Source: Verrucomicrobiia bacterium
GTDB taxonomy: Bacteria; Acidobacteriota; Terriglobia; Terriglobales; Acidobacteriaceae
Length of the DNA: 64,000 nucleotides
Reading direction: 5' to 3'
Assembly: GCA_035567035.1 (NCBI GenBank)
Contig: DATMPO010000092.1
Location: forward strand, 15,168 to 79,167
Shown here: positions 18,522 through 27,938 of the stretch, piece after piece
Layout of the letters: each line of letters starts with the position of its first letter
How positions within the stretch are numbered: position 1 is the first letter of the stretch
Made by a program: the position numbers and the translations under genes
Notes under the pieces: model-generated
What the model saw: the letters and a program-made list of their open reading frames with translations, nothing else
What the model was told of the DNA's origin: nothing
Databases searched by the model: none

Positions 18522-20460
18522 CGCGTTCGTTTTTCTGCTTCTAGTGGTACTGGCTCCCGCGAGCGCGCGGGCAGGTGTCCCGGACTGGCTGCGTCCCTTG
18601 GCCCAGCAGCCGCCCAAAACATATGCCAACGATGTGAATGCCGTGATCTTGCTGAGTGAATCGGAGACCACAGTCAAAGACAGTGGAGAGACCATTACTC
18701 GCGAACGCCGTGTGATCAGAGTGCTCCGCCCGGAAGGCCGGGAAACTGCTTTTCAAGCGGTACCTTTCGACGAAGAAACGAAGCTGAACTATTTTAAGGG
18801 TTGGAGTATCAGCGCCAAAGGCCAGGAATATGAGGCGAAGAAAGATGACATCGTGGAAGTCGGCGGTGGTGAAGGATATGAGATTTACTCCGATGCAAAG
18901 TTCAAGGCAATGCGCATCCCTGGCGTGGATATTGGTACCGTGGTTGGGGTGGAATGGGAACAGAAACGCCATCCCTACACCTTTGAAGACCAGTGGTACT
19001 TCCAGAGATCGCTACCGGTAGAGCGGGCCCGGTTCATTCTGCACATGCCTGCCAATTGGGAATTCCGCGCTGCCTGGCTTCATCACGCGGAAGTGGCCCC
19101 GCAAATCCAGGGCAGCACCTATACGTGGGAGCTGTCGGACATTCCGCGCGTCGAGGATGAAGTTGAGATGCCGCACGCGCGCGCCGTTGAAGGACAGCTC
19201 ATTGTGACGTACTTCTCGGAGAAGACGAAAGGCCGGACCTACTCCAATTGGGGCGATTTCGCGGCGTGGTATTCGCAGTTGACGGCCGGCGCGCGTGATC
19301 CCTCACCCGCTTTGCAGCAGAAAGTCCAGGAATTGGCGCCGGCCACAGTCCCTCTGCTGGACAGGATCAAGGCATTGGCGCGCTTTGCCCAGCGCGACGT
19401 GCGTTACGCCGCCATCGAGATTGGAATCGGCGGCTACCAACCGCATCCGGCCAGCCAGGTTTTCAGCAATCGTTATGGCGATTGTAAAGACAAAGCCACG
19501 GTGCTCAGTTCCATGCTGGCACAGATCGGTGTGAAATCGTATTACGTGCCGGTCCATACAGACCGCGGAATCTACACCGAGAAAACGCCTCCAACCAACG
19601 GATTTAACCACGTCATTCTGGCCATTCAGTTGCCAGCCAGTTTCAACGAGCCGATGCCAGCATTGTACGAGCATCCACAACTGGGACATCTGCTCATTTT
19701 CGATCCCACGTCCACCATGGTGCCGTTTGGGCAGATCCCTTCGTACGAACAGGACAATTATGGTCTGCTGGTCACCGAAATGGGCGGCGAACTGATCCAC
19801 TTGCCTCTCACCAAGCCAGAGTTGAACCGACTCACCCGGACCGCGAAACTTACTCTGTTGCCGGACGGTTCTATGAAGGGCGAGGTCCTGGAGGTTCGCA
19901 CCGGAAGCCAGGCGACTGCTGGCCGATATCTCTATGCGCGCCAGACCACCGCCGACCGCAGAAAGGCAATGGAGCGCTTTCTGGGCCGCATGATGGGGAA
20001 CTTCCAACTCGATAGCGTGGATGCCGACAACCTGGACGACATAGACAAAGATCTGATCATTCGTTACAAGTTCACAGCGTCGCATTACGCCAAGAACGCC
20101 GGACCGCTGTTGCTCGTTCGTCCGCGCGTGCTGGGGGACAAGTTGGGCGCTTTGGACATGAGCAAGCCGCGCCACTATTCCTATGAATTTGACGCGCCTA
20201 CTCTGCAGACAGATACCTTTGATTTCGTTCTGCCGGACGGCTACAAGGTTGATGAACTGCCCGATCCTGCCAAAGTGACCTTCGCTTTTGGCGACTACAA
20301 CAGTAAGTTCGAAGACTCCAGCGGCCAGTTGAAATACAGCCGGGAATACAGGATCAAATCAACTTCGGTGCCCGCGGAAAGAATTCTTGACCTGAACAAA
20401 TTCTTCTATCAGATCAATTCGGACGAAAAGAACATGGCCGTGCTGAAAAAAAGTAACTGA
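18496..20460 (+). CDS. DUF3857 domain-containing transglutaminase-family protein with intact Cys-His-Asp triad
   Basis: ATG 18496 (GGGAGG upstream) gives signal peptide MSMRKKATNAFVFLLLVVLAPASARA. YGDCKDKA (Cys), GFNHVILAI (His), LIFDPTS (Asp). Overlaps paralog 3 by 26 nt. Confidence 0.75.
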   Translation: MSMRKKATNAFVFLLLVVLAPASARAGVPDWLRPLAQQPPKTYANDVNAVILLSESETTVKDSGETITRERRVIRVLRPEGRETAFQAVPFDEETKLNYFKGWSISAKGQEYEAKKDDIVEVGGGEGYEIYSDAKFKAMRIPGVDIGTVVGVEWEQKRHPYTFEDQWYFQRSLPVERARFILHMPANWEFRAAWLHHAEVAPQIQGSTYTWELSDIPRVEDEVEMPHARAVEGQLIVTYFSEKTKGRTYSNWGDFAAWYSQLTAGARDPSPALQQKVQELAPATVPLLDRIKALARFAQRDVRYAAIEIGIGGYQPHPASQVFSNRYGDCKDKATVLSSMLAQIGVKSYYVPVHTDRGIYTEKTPPTNGFNHVILAIQLPASFNEPMPALYEHPQLGHLLIFDPTSTMVPFGQIPSYEQDNYGLLVTEMGGELIHLPLTKPELNRLTRTAKLTLLPDGSMKGEVLEVRTGSQATAGRYLYARQTTADRRKAMERFLGRMMGNFQLDSVDADNLDDIDKDLIIRYKFTASHYAKNAGPLLLVRPRVLGDKLGALDMSKPRHYSYEFDAPTLQTDTFDFVLPDGYKVDELPDPAKVTFAFGDYNSKFEDSSGQLKYSREYRIKSTSVPAERILDLNKFFYQINSDEKNMAVLKKSN

Positions 20461-20565
20461 CACGCTAGGAATTACGATTCTCATTTGCGGCCCGCGCTCC
20501 AGTGACGCGCGCTTTTTGCCTGTCTACGTCCTACCGCATCTTCTATGATGAGTTAAGATTGCCTT

Positions 20566-22374
20566 ATGGCGGATCAAATCCAACGAACCAAACAGCCCAT
20601 CCCTGTTGCGGAAAGTCCTGTAGCTGACGTTTTTGAAAGCCGACATCCATTCGCATCTGAAAAACTCTGGGCGGAATCCACGTTGGCCCCAACTCTAGAG
20701 AAGGCCCCGGAAAAACCGGTGGGCGCGGCCACAGGCGTGAACGTGGATGAGCACGGCAATGCCCGCTTTACCACGATTAGCGGCGTTCCCATCCGGCGTC
20801 TTTATACTCAGGCTGATTTGCCGGAAGACTGGAACTACGACCAGTATCTTGGATATCCCGGCCAGCCGCCGTATACGCGCGGGGTCCACGCGAGCGGTTA
20901 TCGCGGCCGGCTCTGGACCATGCGCCAGTTCTCCGGCTTTGCGTCGCCGGAGGAAACCAACGAGCGTTACAAGTATCTGCTGGCCAGCGGAGGCGGTGGG
21001 CTTTCGGTTGCATTTGATCTTCCCACGCTGATGGGCTATGACTCCGACCACGCGGCGAGCGAAGGTGAAGTCGGCAAGTGCGGCGTGGCCATTGATTCGC
21101 TCGAAGACATGGAAATCCTGTTCAGCGGCATTGATCTGGAGAAGACCACGGTTTCCATGACCATCAATTCTCCGGCGTCGGTGCTCTGGGCCATGTACCT
21201 GGTGGTCGCGGAAAAGCAGGGAGCTGACTGGAAGAAAGTTTCCGGCACGCTCCAGAACGACATTCTCAAAGAGTACATCGCGCAAAAGGAATACATTTAC
21301 CCGCCCGCGTCTTCCATGCGGCTGGTGATTGATACTTTTGAGTTTGGATCAAAGTTCACGCCGAAGTTCAATTCCATTTCGATCAGCGGTTACCACATTC
21401 GCGAAGCCGGCTCCACCGCGCTGCAAGAGCTGGCGTTCACCATCTATGACGGCGTGGAGTACGTTGAATGGGCGCGACGCCGGGGACTGGACGTGGACGA
21501 CTTCGGCCCGCGCCTCAGCTTCTTTTTCAATTCGCACAATGATTTCTTTGAGGAGATCGCCAAATTCCGCGCGGCGCGCAAGATCTGGTACCGGTTGATG
21601 AAAGACCGGTTCAGCGCCAAAAACGACCGCACGCGTCTGATGCGTTTCCACACGCAGACCGCCGGCGTGTCCCTGACCGCGCAGCAGCCGCGGAACAACA
21701 TTGCCCGCGTGGCCATACAGGCCCTGGCTGCGGTGCTGGGCGGAACACAATCTCTGCATACCGACTCCTACGACGAAGCCCTGGCCCTGCCCACGGCCGA
21801 AGCCGCGCGCATTGCCCTACGCACGCAACAGATCATTGCCTACGAATCCGGCGTGGCCAATACGGTCGATCCGCTGGCCGGATCCTACTTTGTCGAAAAG
21901 TTGACGCTGGACATGGAACAAGGCGCTTTCGATTACTTTGACCGACTCGACGCTCTGGGCGGCATGGTCAAAGCCATTGAACTTGGCTATCCACAGAAGG
22001 AAGTTGCCGAAGCATCCTACCAGTTTCAGCGGGCGGTGGAAGCCAAGGAAAAAATCGTCGTCGGCGTAAACGACTTTGTCATAGAGGAAAAGCAGCCGGA
22101 AACGCTCTACATTGACGAATCCGTGGCGCAGAGCCAAACCAGGAAGCTGCAAGCGTTGCGCGCCCGCCGCGACAATCAGGAACTGCGGCGCAGGCTCGAC
22201 GCTTTGAAACATGCCGCTGCCCAAGAGCCGGTCGTCCGGTCTGACGGCCACATCAGCGACGCCAACACCATGCCCTACATCATTGATTGCGTCCGCGCCT
22301 ACGCCACCGTCGGAGAGATTTGTGATGCGCTGCGGGAAGTGTACGGAATATACACCGAGACCAGCATCACCTAG
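20566..22374 (+). CDS. Methylmalonyl-CoA / acyl-CoA mutase large (catalytic) subunit
   Basis: 602 aa. Motifs [43 protein letters not shown]. No B12-binding domain in this ORF. Confidence 0.85.
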   Translation: MADQIQRTKQPIPVAESPVADVFESRHPFASEKLWAESTLAPTLEKAPEKPVGAATGVNVDEHGNARFTTISGVPIRRLYTQADLPEDWNYDQYLGYPGQPPYTRGVHASGYRGRLWTMRQFSGFASPEETNERYKYLLASGGGGLSVAFDLPTLMGYDSDHAASEGEVGKCGVAIDSLEDMEILFSGIDLEKTTVSMTINSPASVLWAMYLVVAEKQGADWKKVSGTLQNDILKEYIAQKEYIYPPASSMRLVIDTFEFGSKFTPKFNSISISGYHIREAGSTALQELAFTIYDGVEYVEWARRRGLDVDDFGPRLSFFFNSHNDFFEEIAKFRAARKIWYRLMKDRFSAKNDRTRLMRFHTQTAGVSLTAQQPRNNIARVAIQALAAVLGGTQSLHTDSYDEALALPTAEAARIALRTQQIIAYESGVANTVDPLAGSYFVEKLTLDMEQGAFDYFDRLDALGGMVKAIELGYPQKEVAEASYQFQRAVEAKEKIVVGVNDFVIEEKQPETLYIDESVAQSQTRKLQALRARRDNQELRRRLDALKHAAAQEPVVRSDGHISDANTMPYIIDCVRAYATVGEICDALREVYGIYTETSIT

Positions 22375-22417
22375 GAATGGCGTGGAAAGTGTTTGGGTAA
22401 ACGAAGACCTGGACGTA

Positions 22418-22440
22418 GAGACGTGGCACCGCCACGTCTC
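22418..22440. repeat. REP-like perfect hairpin GAGACGTGGC-ACC-GCCACGTCTC
   Basis: 10-bp perfect stem with 3-nt loop. Same core as copies at 22542, 51396 and (variant) 37446. Confidence 0.8.
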
Positions 22441-22541
22441 ACTGGTAATACCATTGACAATGCTTCCCGCTTCGAAGACGTTCGGCGATCAGAATTCTGT
22501 CGCCCGCTGCAGCCGCAAATGCTCTCGTGAGCGCCCCTAGG

Positions 22542-22564
22542 GAGACGTGGCCGTGCCACGTCTC
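22542..22564. repeat. REP-like perfect hairpin GAGACGTGGC-CGT-GCCACGTCTC
   Basis: Second copy 124 nt after the first. Followed by TACGCTGGCTTTTTTGG, so it may also terminate the mutase transcript. Confidence 0.8.
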
Positions 22565-22637
22565 TACGCTGGCTTTTTTGGTCCGCTTCATCCAGTTTGT
22601 GCCACTGACCCCGCCCCTGCTCTAAAATCAGTCTCCT

Positions 22638-23264
22638 ATGAAAAAAGCCCTGACTCATCTGCAAAAATCCGACCCGGTCCTGGCCTCAATCATCACCCGC
22701 GTCGGCGCATACAAGATCACTTATCGCGAGCCGGCCTTTGAGACACTGGTCCGTGCGATTGTCTTCCAGCAGTTAAGCACCAAAGCCGCGAGTACGATCT
22801 ATGGGCGTTTTGAAGCCGCGGCCGGTGGCGCGGCTACACCGGAGGCCATCCAGGGCTTGACGGTTGGCGAAATGCGCCGCTGTGGATTGTCCAAGCAGAA
22901 GATCGGCTACATTCGCGATCTGGCCGGCCATGCGCTGGAAGGCAAGTTGAATTTCGAGCAGCTTCATGCCATGCCAGACGACGAAGTCATCGCCGTGCTG
23001 ACTGACATCAAAGGCATTGGCGTATGGACCGCGCACATGTTTCTGATGTTTGCTTTGCGGCGCCACGACGTGCTTCCTACCGGCGATCTGGGCATACAGT
23101 CCGCCATTAAGCGCGCTTACGGAAAACGCGCAATGCCTAAGCCCAAACAAATTGAAAAAATCGCCAAGAATTGGCATCCCTACTGCAGTGTGGCTTCTTG
23201 GTATTTGTGGCGGAGCTTGGAGCTGCCGGTGGCTGGGGCACCGAAGAAGCCACGAAAAACTTAG
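22638..23264 (+). CDS. HhH-GPD DNA-3-methyladenine glycosylase II (AlkA-like)
   Basis: 208 aa. [20 protein letters not shown] (HhH) and catalytic-Asp segment LPTGDLGIQ. Confidence 0.8.
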   Translation: MKKALTHLQKSDPVLASIITRVGAYKITYREPAFETLVRAIVFQQLSTKAASTIYGRFEAAAGGAATPEAIQGLTVGEMRRCGLSKQKIGYIRDLAGHALEGKLNFEQLHAMPDDEVIAVLTDIKGIGVWTAHMFLMFALRRHDVLPTGDLGIQSAIKRAYGKRAMPKPKQIEKIAKNWHPYCSVASWYLWRSLELPVAGAPKKPRKT

Positions 23265-23339
23265 CCGCGAATTCGCGCGAATAAACGCGAATCAAACCCG
23301 CAAAAATCAGATTCGTGTTCATTCGCGTAAATTCGCGGC
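23264..23339. repeat. Large imperfect palindrome (30-nt arms, 16-nt loop) built from CGCGAAT units
   Basis: Left arm GCCGCGAATTCGCGCGAATAAACGCGAATC. Revcomp of right arm GCCGCGAATTTACGCGAATGAACACGAATC (26 of 30 identical). Starts at the last base of the alkA-like stop codon. Confidence 0.75.
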
Positions 23340-23412
23340 CAAGCTTTTCCTGAACGATAGGGATCCATCGCTCCGCTCGGGATTTCAAGAGAAACTGATA
23401 GAATTTCCACAA

Positions 23413-23832
23413 GTGCCCACCGAACGCAAAATCCGCGTACTTGTGGCCAAACCCGGCCTGGACGGCCATGATCGCGGCGCCAAAGTCATCGCTCGCGCGT
23501 TGCGCGACGCCGGTATGGAAGTCATCTATACCGGCCTGCGGCAGACCCCGGAGATGATTGTGAATTCGTCTTTGCAGGAAGACGTGGACGTGATCGGGCT
23601 TTCGATTCTTTCCGGCGCCCACAACGCCATTGTTCCCCGGGTCACCGACCTTCTCCGCCAGCACAAGATGGACGACGTGATCCTTCTGGTCGGCGGCATT
23701 ATTCCGGAGCAGGACTTTGCAGCGCTCAAGAAGGCGGGCGTGGCAGGCATTTTTAACCCCGGTACGCCGATGGACGATATTGTCGCTTTCATCCGCAAGA
23801 ACGTAAAGCCCCGCGGCGTGCCAGCCGCCTGA
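23413..23832 (+). CDS. Acyl-CoA mutase small subunit, cobalamin-binding domain
   Basis: [25 protein letters not shown] (DxHxxG B12 motif), LSILSG, VGGIIP. No in-frame ATG, so GTG at 23413 is proposed. The track ORF extension back to 23050 runs through the palindromic repeat. Confidence 0.8.
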   Translation: MPTERKIRVLVAKPGLDGHDRGAKVIARALRDAGMEVIYTGLRQTPEMIVNSSLQEDVDVIGLSILSGAHNAIVPRVTDLLRQHKMDDVILLVGGIIPEQDFAALKKAGVAGIFNPGTPMDDIVAFIRKNVKPRGVPAA

Positions 23833-23933
23833 TCGTTCGGCGCGAGACGTAGTCCGGGCCGCATCGCAGGTATCCGTAACCTTGATTTCTGTTTTGCCAG
23901 CAGATCACTTATACTTGATGTCTTCCATACGTT

Positions 23934-24773
23934 ATGCCCGCCCTGGATGACATTCTTGCTGCCACGAGCCGGCGCGTTGCGCGGGCCAAGTACCGTGCCG
24001 ACATGCGTCTGCTGCAGGAGATGGCCGCCAGCCACTCCGTGCGCGGGTTTCGCAAGCGCCTGGTGGCCATGGCGCAGCTCGGGCCGGCGATCATTGCGGA
24101 GCTCAAGAAAGCGTCCCCTTCCAGGGGCGTGATTCGCAAATCGTTTCAGGTGTCGCCCCTGGCCGACCAGCTGGCTAAAGGCGGCGCGTCCGCCCTTTCC
24201 ATTTTGACGGAGGAGCAGTTCTTTGAGGGGTCCCTGGACAACCTGCTGTCGGCTTCCGTTGCCACTACTCTTCCGTGCCTTCGCAAGGACTTTATTGTGG
24301 ATGAGTTCCAGGTCCTGGAAGCCAAGGCCTATCAAGCCGACGCCATACTGCTGATACTTGCTGCTTTGTCTGACGAAGACTTTGTCCGGTTGCTGGCCCG
24401 CGCGCGAGAGCTCGACCTGGATGTACTCTGTGAAGTGCATGATGACGTCGAACTGAAGCGTGCCCTGGATGGAGGAGCGGACATTATTGGAGTCAACAGC
24501 CGCGACCTCAAGACTTTCCAGGTCAATCTGGAAACCGCCCTTGACCTCGCGCCGAGAATTCCCAACCACATCCTGCGCGTGGCGGAGAGCGGAATAGACA
24601 GCGGCGCGGACATCAAGGAATTGCACGCTTCGGGATATCAGGCATTCCTGATTGGTGAGACCCTGATGCGCGCCGAAGATCCAGGACTCAAGCTGCAGCA
24701 ACTTTTACAGGAAGCCGGACCTTGTCCTCCGTACGCATCTACTTCCGCCCATTGGCGCGGAACAGTCCAGTAG
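23934..24773 (+). CDS. trpC: Indole-3-glycerol phosphate synthase
   Basis: 279 aa. IIAELKKASPSRG, CLRKDFIVDEFQ, GVNSRDL. Confidence 0.9.
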   Translation: MPALDDILAATSRRVARAKYRADMRLLQEMAASHSVRGFRKRLVAMAQLGPAIIAELKKASPSRGVIRKSFQVSPLADQLAKGGASALSILTEEQFFEGSLDNLLSASVATTLPCLRKDFIVDEFQVLEAKAYQADAILLILAALSDEDFVRLLARARELDLDVLCEVHDDVELKRALDGGADIIGVNSRDLKTFQVNLETALDLAPRIPNHILRVAESGIDSGADIKELHASGYQAFLIGETLMRAEDPGLKLQQLLQEAGPCPPYASTSAHWRGTVQ

Positions 24774-24799
24774 TTTGCGGGCGCATTCCAGAACAACTT

Positions 24800-25429
24800 A
24801 TGCGGACATGGATCAAATTTTGCGGGACCACTTCTCTTGCCGACGCACTGGCTGCGGCGGAAGCGGAAGCCGACGCTCTGGGATTCATCTTCGCGCCCAG
24901 CCGCCGCCGCGTCACGCCCGAGCAGGCCAGCGCCATCGTCCGCGAGTTGCCGGACAGCATTGAGAGAGTAGGCGTGTTCGTCAACGAATCGGCCGAGAGA
25001 ATACTGGCCATCGTGGACCAGGTGGGACTAACCGCGGTACAGCTGCATGGCGACGAAACACCTACCCTCATTTTCGCGTTGCGCGACCATGTCGAAGTTA
25101 TCAAGACAATTCTTGTCAGCCACAATTTTGACCACCAGCTCGGCGAATTCTGCGGTACGCACGAATGCGCCGACTCCATCCTGCTGGACTCAGGCTCGGG
25201 CAGCGGCAAGGCTTTTGACTGGGTAAGTGTCCGGCCCAAGCTCAACGGATTGCGTTCGCGCTTCATCATTGCCGGCGGGCTGAAGCCGGACAACGTGGGC
25301 CAGGCCGTGGCGGCTTTTTCGCCATGGGGGGTGGATGCGGTGACCGGTGTGGAATCCGAACCCGGCCGCAAGGACCATGCCAAGTTGAAATCGTTTGTTG
25401 CGGCGGTGCGAAAGGCGGAACAAACATGA
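24800..25429 (+). CDS. trpF: Phosphoribosylanthranilate isomerase
   Basis: ATG 24800 gives [28 protein letters not shown]. Confidence 0.85.
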   Translation: MRTWIKFCGTTSLADALAAAEAEADALGFIFAPSRRRVTPEQASAIVRELPDSIERVGVFVNESAERILAIVDQVGLTAVQLHGDETPTLIFALRDHVEVIKTILVSHNFDHQLGEFCGTHECADSILLDSGSGSGKAFDWVSVRPKLNGLRSRFIIAGGLKPDNVGQAVAAFSPWGVDAVTGVESEPGRKDHAKLKSFVAAVRKAEQT

Positions 25430-26631
25430 GTGCGAGCGCAGCAAAGAAAATCCAGCCCGTTGCCGGCCGTTTTGGCGCGTACGGCGGGCGCTACGTCCCG
25501 GAAACGCTCATGGCCGCCCTGGAAGAACTGGAGCGCGAGTATGAAAAGGCGCGCCGGGACAAGAGATTCCGCGCTGAGTTCGAGCGCCTGCTCAAGGAAT
25601 ACGCCGGGCGTCCCACATCGCTGTTTCACGCGCGCCGTCTCACCAAAGAGCTGGGCGGAGCAAAAATTTATCTGAAGCGGGAAGACCTGCTGCACACCGG
25701 CGCGCACAAGATCAACAACTGTCTGGGCCAGGCGCTTCTGGCGCAGCGCATAGGCAAGCGCCGCATCATTGCGGAGACCGGCGCAGGCCAGCACGGTGTG
25801 GCCACCGCAACGGTGTGCGCGCTTCTGGGATTCGAATGCGTGGTCTACATGGGCACCGAGGACATGCGTCGCCAGGAACTGAATGTCTTCCGCATGAAGC
25901 TTCTGGGCGCGGAAGTGCGCGGCGTGGATTCCGGCTCGCGCACCCTGAAAGATGCCATCAATGAAGGCATGCGCGACTGGGTCACGAATGTTCGCACCAC
26001 GCACTATATTCTGGGCAGCGTGCTGGGCCCGCATCCTTATCCAACCGTGGTGCGTGATTTCCATTCGGTCATTGGCCGCGAAGCGCGGGCGCAGATATTG
26101 AAAGCGGAGGGCAAGCTGCCTGCCGCGATCATCGCCTGCGTGGGCGGTGGCTCGAACGCGATTGGAATCTTCCATCAATTTCTCACAGACAAACGGGTCA
26201 AGCTGATTGGTGTGGAAGCGGGCGGCCGGGGACACGAACTCGGCGAACACGCCGCGCGTTCCTGGGGAGGCTCGCCCGGCGTGCTGCAAGGCGCCTATTC
26301 TTACGTCCTGCAGGACCGCCAGGGCCAGATTGCGCTGACGCATTCCATTTCCGCGGGGTTGGATTACCCCATGCTCGGCCCGGAACACGCGGCGCTGTTG
26401 GATTCCAAGCGCGCCGAATATACGGCTGCCACCGACCGGGAAGCGCTTCATGCCTTGACCATGCTTTCCCGCCTGGAAGGAATCATTCCGGCGCTGGAGT
26501 CCGCACACGCCGTGGCGGAGTGCATCAAGCGCGCGCCCAAGATGAAGAAATCGGATGTGGTGATCGTGAATATTTCCGGTCGTGGTGACAAAGACATCGG
26601 AATTTTGCGGGAAAACCTCCAGATCGGGTGA
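25426..26631 (+). CDS. trpB: Tryptophan synthase beta chain
   Basis: ATGA overlap with the trpF stop. [18 protein letters not shown] (PLP Lys), GGGSNAIG. Confidence 0.95.
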   Translation: MSASAAKKIQPVAGRFGAYGGRYVPETLMAALEELEREYEKARRDKRFRAEFERLLKEYAGRPTSLFHARRLTKELGGAKIYLKREDLLHTGAHKINNCLGQALLAQRIGKRRIIAETGAGQHGVATATVCALLGFECVVYMGTEDMRRQELNVFRMKLLGAEVRGVDSGSRTLKDAINEGMRDWVTNVRTTHYILGSVLGPHPYPTVVRDFHSVIGREARAQILKAEGKLPAAIIACVGGGSNAIGIFHQFLTDKRVKLIGVEAGGRGHELGEHAARSWGGSPGVLQGAYSYVLQDRQGQIALTHSISAGLDYPMLGPEHAALLDSKRAEYTAATDREALHALTMLSRLEGIIPALESAHAVAECIKRAPKMKKSDVVIVNISGRGDKDIGILRENLQIG

Positions 26632-26636
26632 CCGCC

Positions 26637-26668
26637 GTCATCGGGTCATCGGATCATCGGGTCATCGG
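26637..26668. repeat. Tandem octamer array (GTCATCGG x4), left boundary of four-helix-bundle cassette
   Basis: GTCATCGG GTCATCGG ATCATCGG GTCATCGG, beginning 6 nt after the trpB stop. Confidence 0.85.
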
Positions 26669-26718
26669 AAAACCGGGGAAACTTCTTATCGAAGCCTCGT
26701 TGGACCAAATGGGAATAA

Positions 26719-27075
26719 ATGAGTCTGGATAAGCATCAAGAACTGAGAAAGCGGACAAAAGGTTTTGCACTGCGAGTGATTCGCATGTCGCAGGCCTTGC
26801 CGAAGACCCGGGAGGCAAGTGTGATTAATAACCAAATTCTGCGGTCGGCAACTGGCATGGCCGCAAATTACCGGGCTGTGGGTCTTGCTCGCTCCAAAGC
26901 CGAGTTCATCGCTAAACTTGGCGTCGTGGTTGAAGAGGCCGACGAAACTGTATTCTGGCTTGAACTACTCGTCGAAAGCGGCATCGTGAAAGCAGAAAAG
27001 CTAGTTGACTTGCTGGCAGAAGCAAGTGCGTTAGTGGCCATCTTCGCTGCTTCACGGAGGACAGCCAAATCATGA
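26719..27075 (+). CDS. Four-helix-bundle protein (23S rRNA intervening-sequence protein / Avd-like family)
   Basis: 118 aa. ELRKRTKGFALRVIRM, ILRSATGMAANYRAVGLARSKAEFIAKLGVVVEEADETVFWLELL matches the TIGR02436/PF05635 family pattern. Stop overlaps the first trpA ATG (ATGA). Confidence 0.8.
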   Translation: MSLDKHQELRKRTKGFALRVIRMSQALPKTREASVINNQILRSATGMAANYRAVGLARSKAEFIAKLGVVVEEADETVFWLELLVESGIVKAEKLVDLLAEASALVAIFAASRRTAKS

Positions 27076-27905
27076 CTCGCCAAAGCAGAACTCTGGATTC
27101 TCCGATGAACCGATTCCCCGATGACCGGATGACCCGATCTTTTTCCCGCAAGCCGGGGCTGGTCGTCTACGTGACCTGCGGAGATCCTGATCTGGAAACT
27201 ACCCGCAGCATCGTTTTGTCCGCCATTCACGCTGGAGCTGACGTAGTCGAATTGGGTGTTCCCTTTAGTGATCCGGTGGCCGATGGCCCAGTCATCCAGC
27301 GGGCCAGTGAGCGGGCGCTCAAGAACCATACCTCGCTGGAAGACGTGCTTCACCTGGCGCGGGACATCCGCAAGCAATCGGATGCCGGATTGGTCGTATT
27401 TTCGTACATGAATCCGATACTGCGCTTTGGACTGGAACGCTTCGCCACGGAAGCTGCGGACGCAGGCGTGGACGCCGCGCTGGTCACCGATCTGACAGTC
27501 GAGGAAGCCGATGACTATCGCCGGATCATGGCTGCGCACCAGCTGGCTACGGTCTTTCTGGCTGCGCCCACCAGCACGGACAAGCGTTTGAAGAAGATTG
27601 CAGAAGCTTCCAGCGGCTTCGTTTATGCGGTCTCGCGCACCGGGGTTACCGGAACACAAAAGCAGCTTGCAGCGGACGCCAGAGATCTGGTCCGTCGCAT
27701 TCGCAAATATACGAGGCTGCCGGTGGCCGTGGGTTTTGGCATTTCCAATGCGGACCAGTTTGCCCTGGTCGGCGAATTTGCCGATGCGGCCGTGGTCGGC
27801 AGCGCGATCGTGCAGGTGATCGAACAGAATCCGGGGCGGGAGCCGCAGGCTGTGGCAGAATTGATTGGTTCGTTGAAAAACAGAGCAGTCGCTGTCCAGG
27901 CCTGA
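27072..27905 (+). CDS. trpA: Tryptophan synthase alpha chain (start uncertain: 27072, 27105 or 27129)
   Basis: ELGVPFSDPVADGPVIQ, YMNPI, GFGIS. The first ~20 codons are encoded by the octamer repeat array. The ATG at 27105 gives the usual N-terminal length. Confidence 0.9.
   Translation: MTRQSRTLDSPMNRFPDDRMTRSFSRKPGLVVYVTCGDPDLETTRSIVLSAIHAGADVVELGVPFSDPVADGPVIQRASERALKNHTSLEDVLHLARDIRKQSDAGLVVFSYMNPILRFGLERFATEAADAGVDAALVTDLTVEEADDYRRIMAAHQLATVFLAAPTSTDKRLKKIAEASSGFVYAVSRTGVTGTQKQLAADARDLVRRIRKYTRLPVAVGFGISNADQFALVGEFADAAVVGSAIVQVIEQNPGREPQAVAELIGSLKNRAVAVQA
27102..27139. repeat. Tandem octamer array (CCGATGAC-like x4.75), inverted right boundary of the cassette
   Basis: CCGATGAA CCGATTCC CCGATGAC CGGATGAC CCGATC. 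The unit is the reverse complement of the upstream GTCATCGG unit. Confidence 0.85.
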
Positions 27906-27938
27906 ACAAACCAATTCTTGCAAGGGAAGACCAGAACT

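Noticed and set aside
20461-20520. Hairpin plus TTTTT after the fourth DUF3857 gene, as a terminator
   Set aside because: Only a 5-bp CGCGC/GCGCG stem with a 9-nt loop, too weak to call.
22622-22638. TAAAAT hexamer 11 nt upstream of the alkA-like ATG, as evidence for a leaderless transcript
   Set aside because: No acceptable -35 at proper spacing and no supporting data, so this is too speculative to list as a feature.
23050-23412. N-terminal 121 codons of track ORF 23050-23832
   Set aside because: This stretch overlaps the alkA-like 3' end in another frame and reads through the CGCGAAT palindrome. The B12-binding domain begins just after the GTG at 23413.
26637-27139. Octamer arrays, and the 18-bp array at 57748-57850, considered as a CRISPR array
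   Set aside because: Units are 8 or 18 nt and directly abut with no spacers. No cas genes are in the window. They are tandem repeats, not CRISPR.
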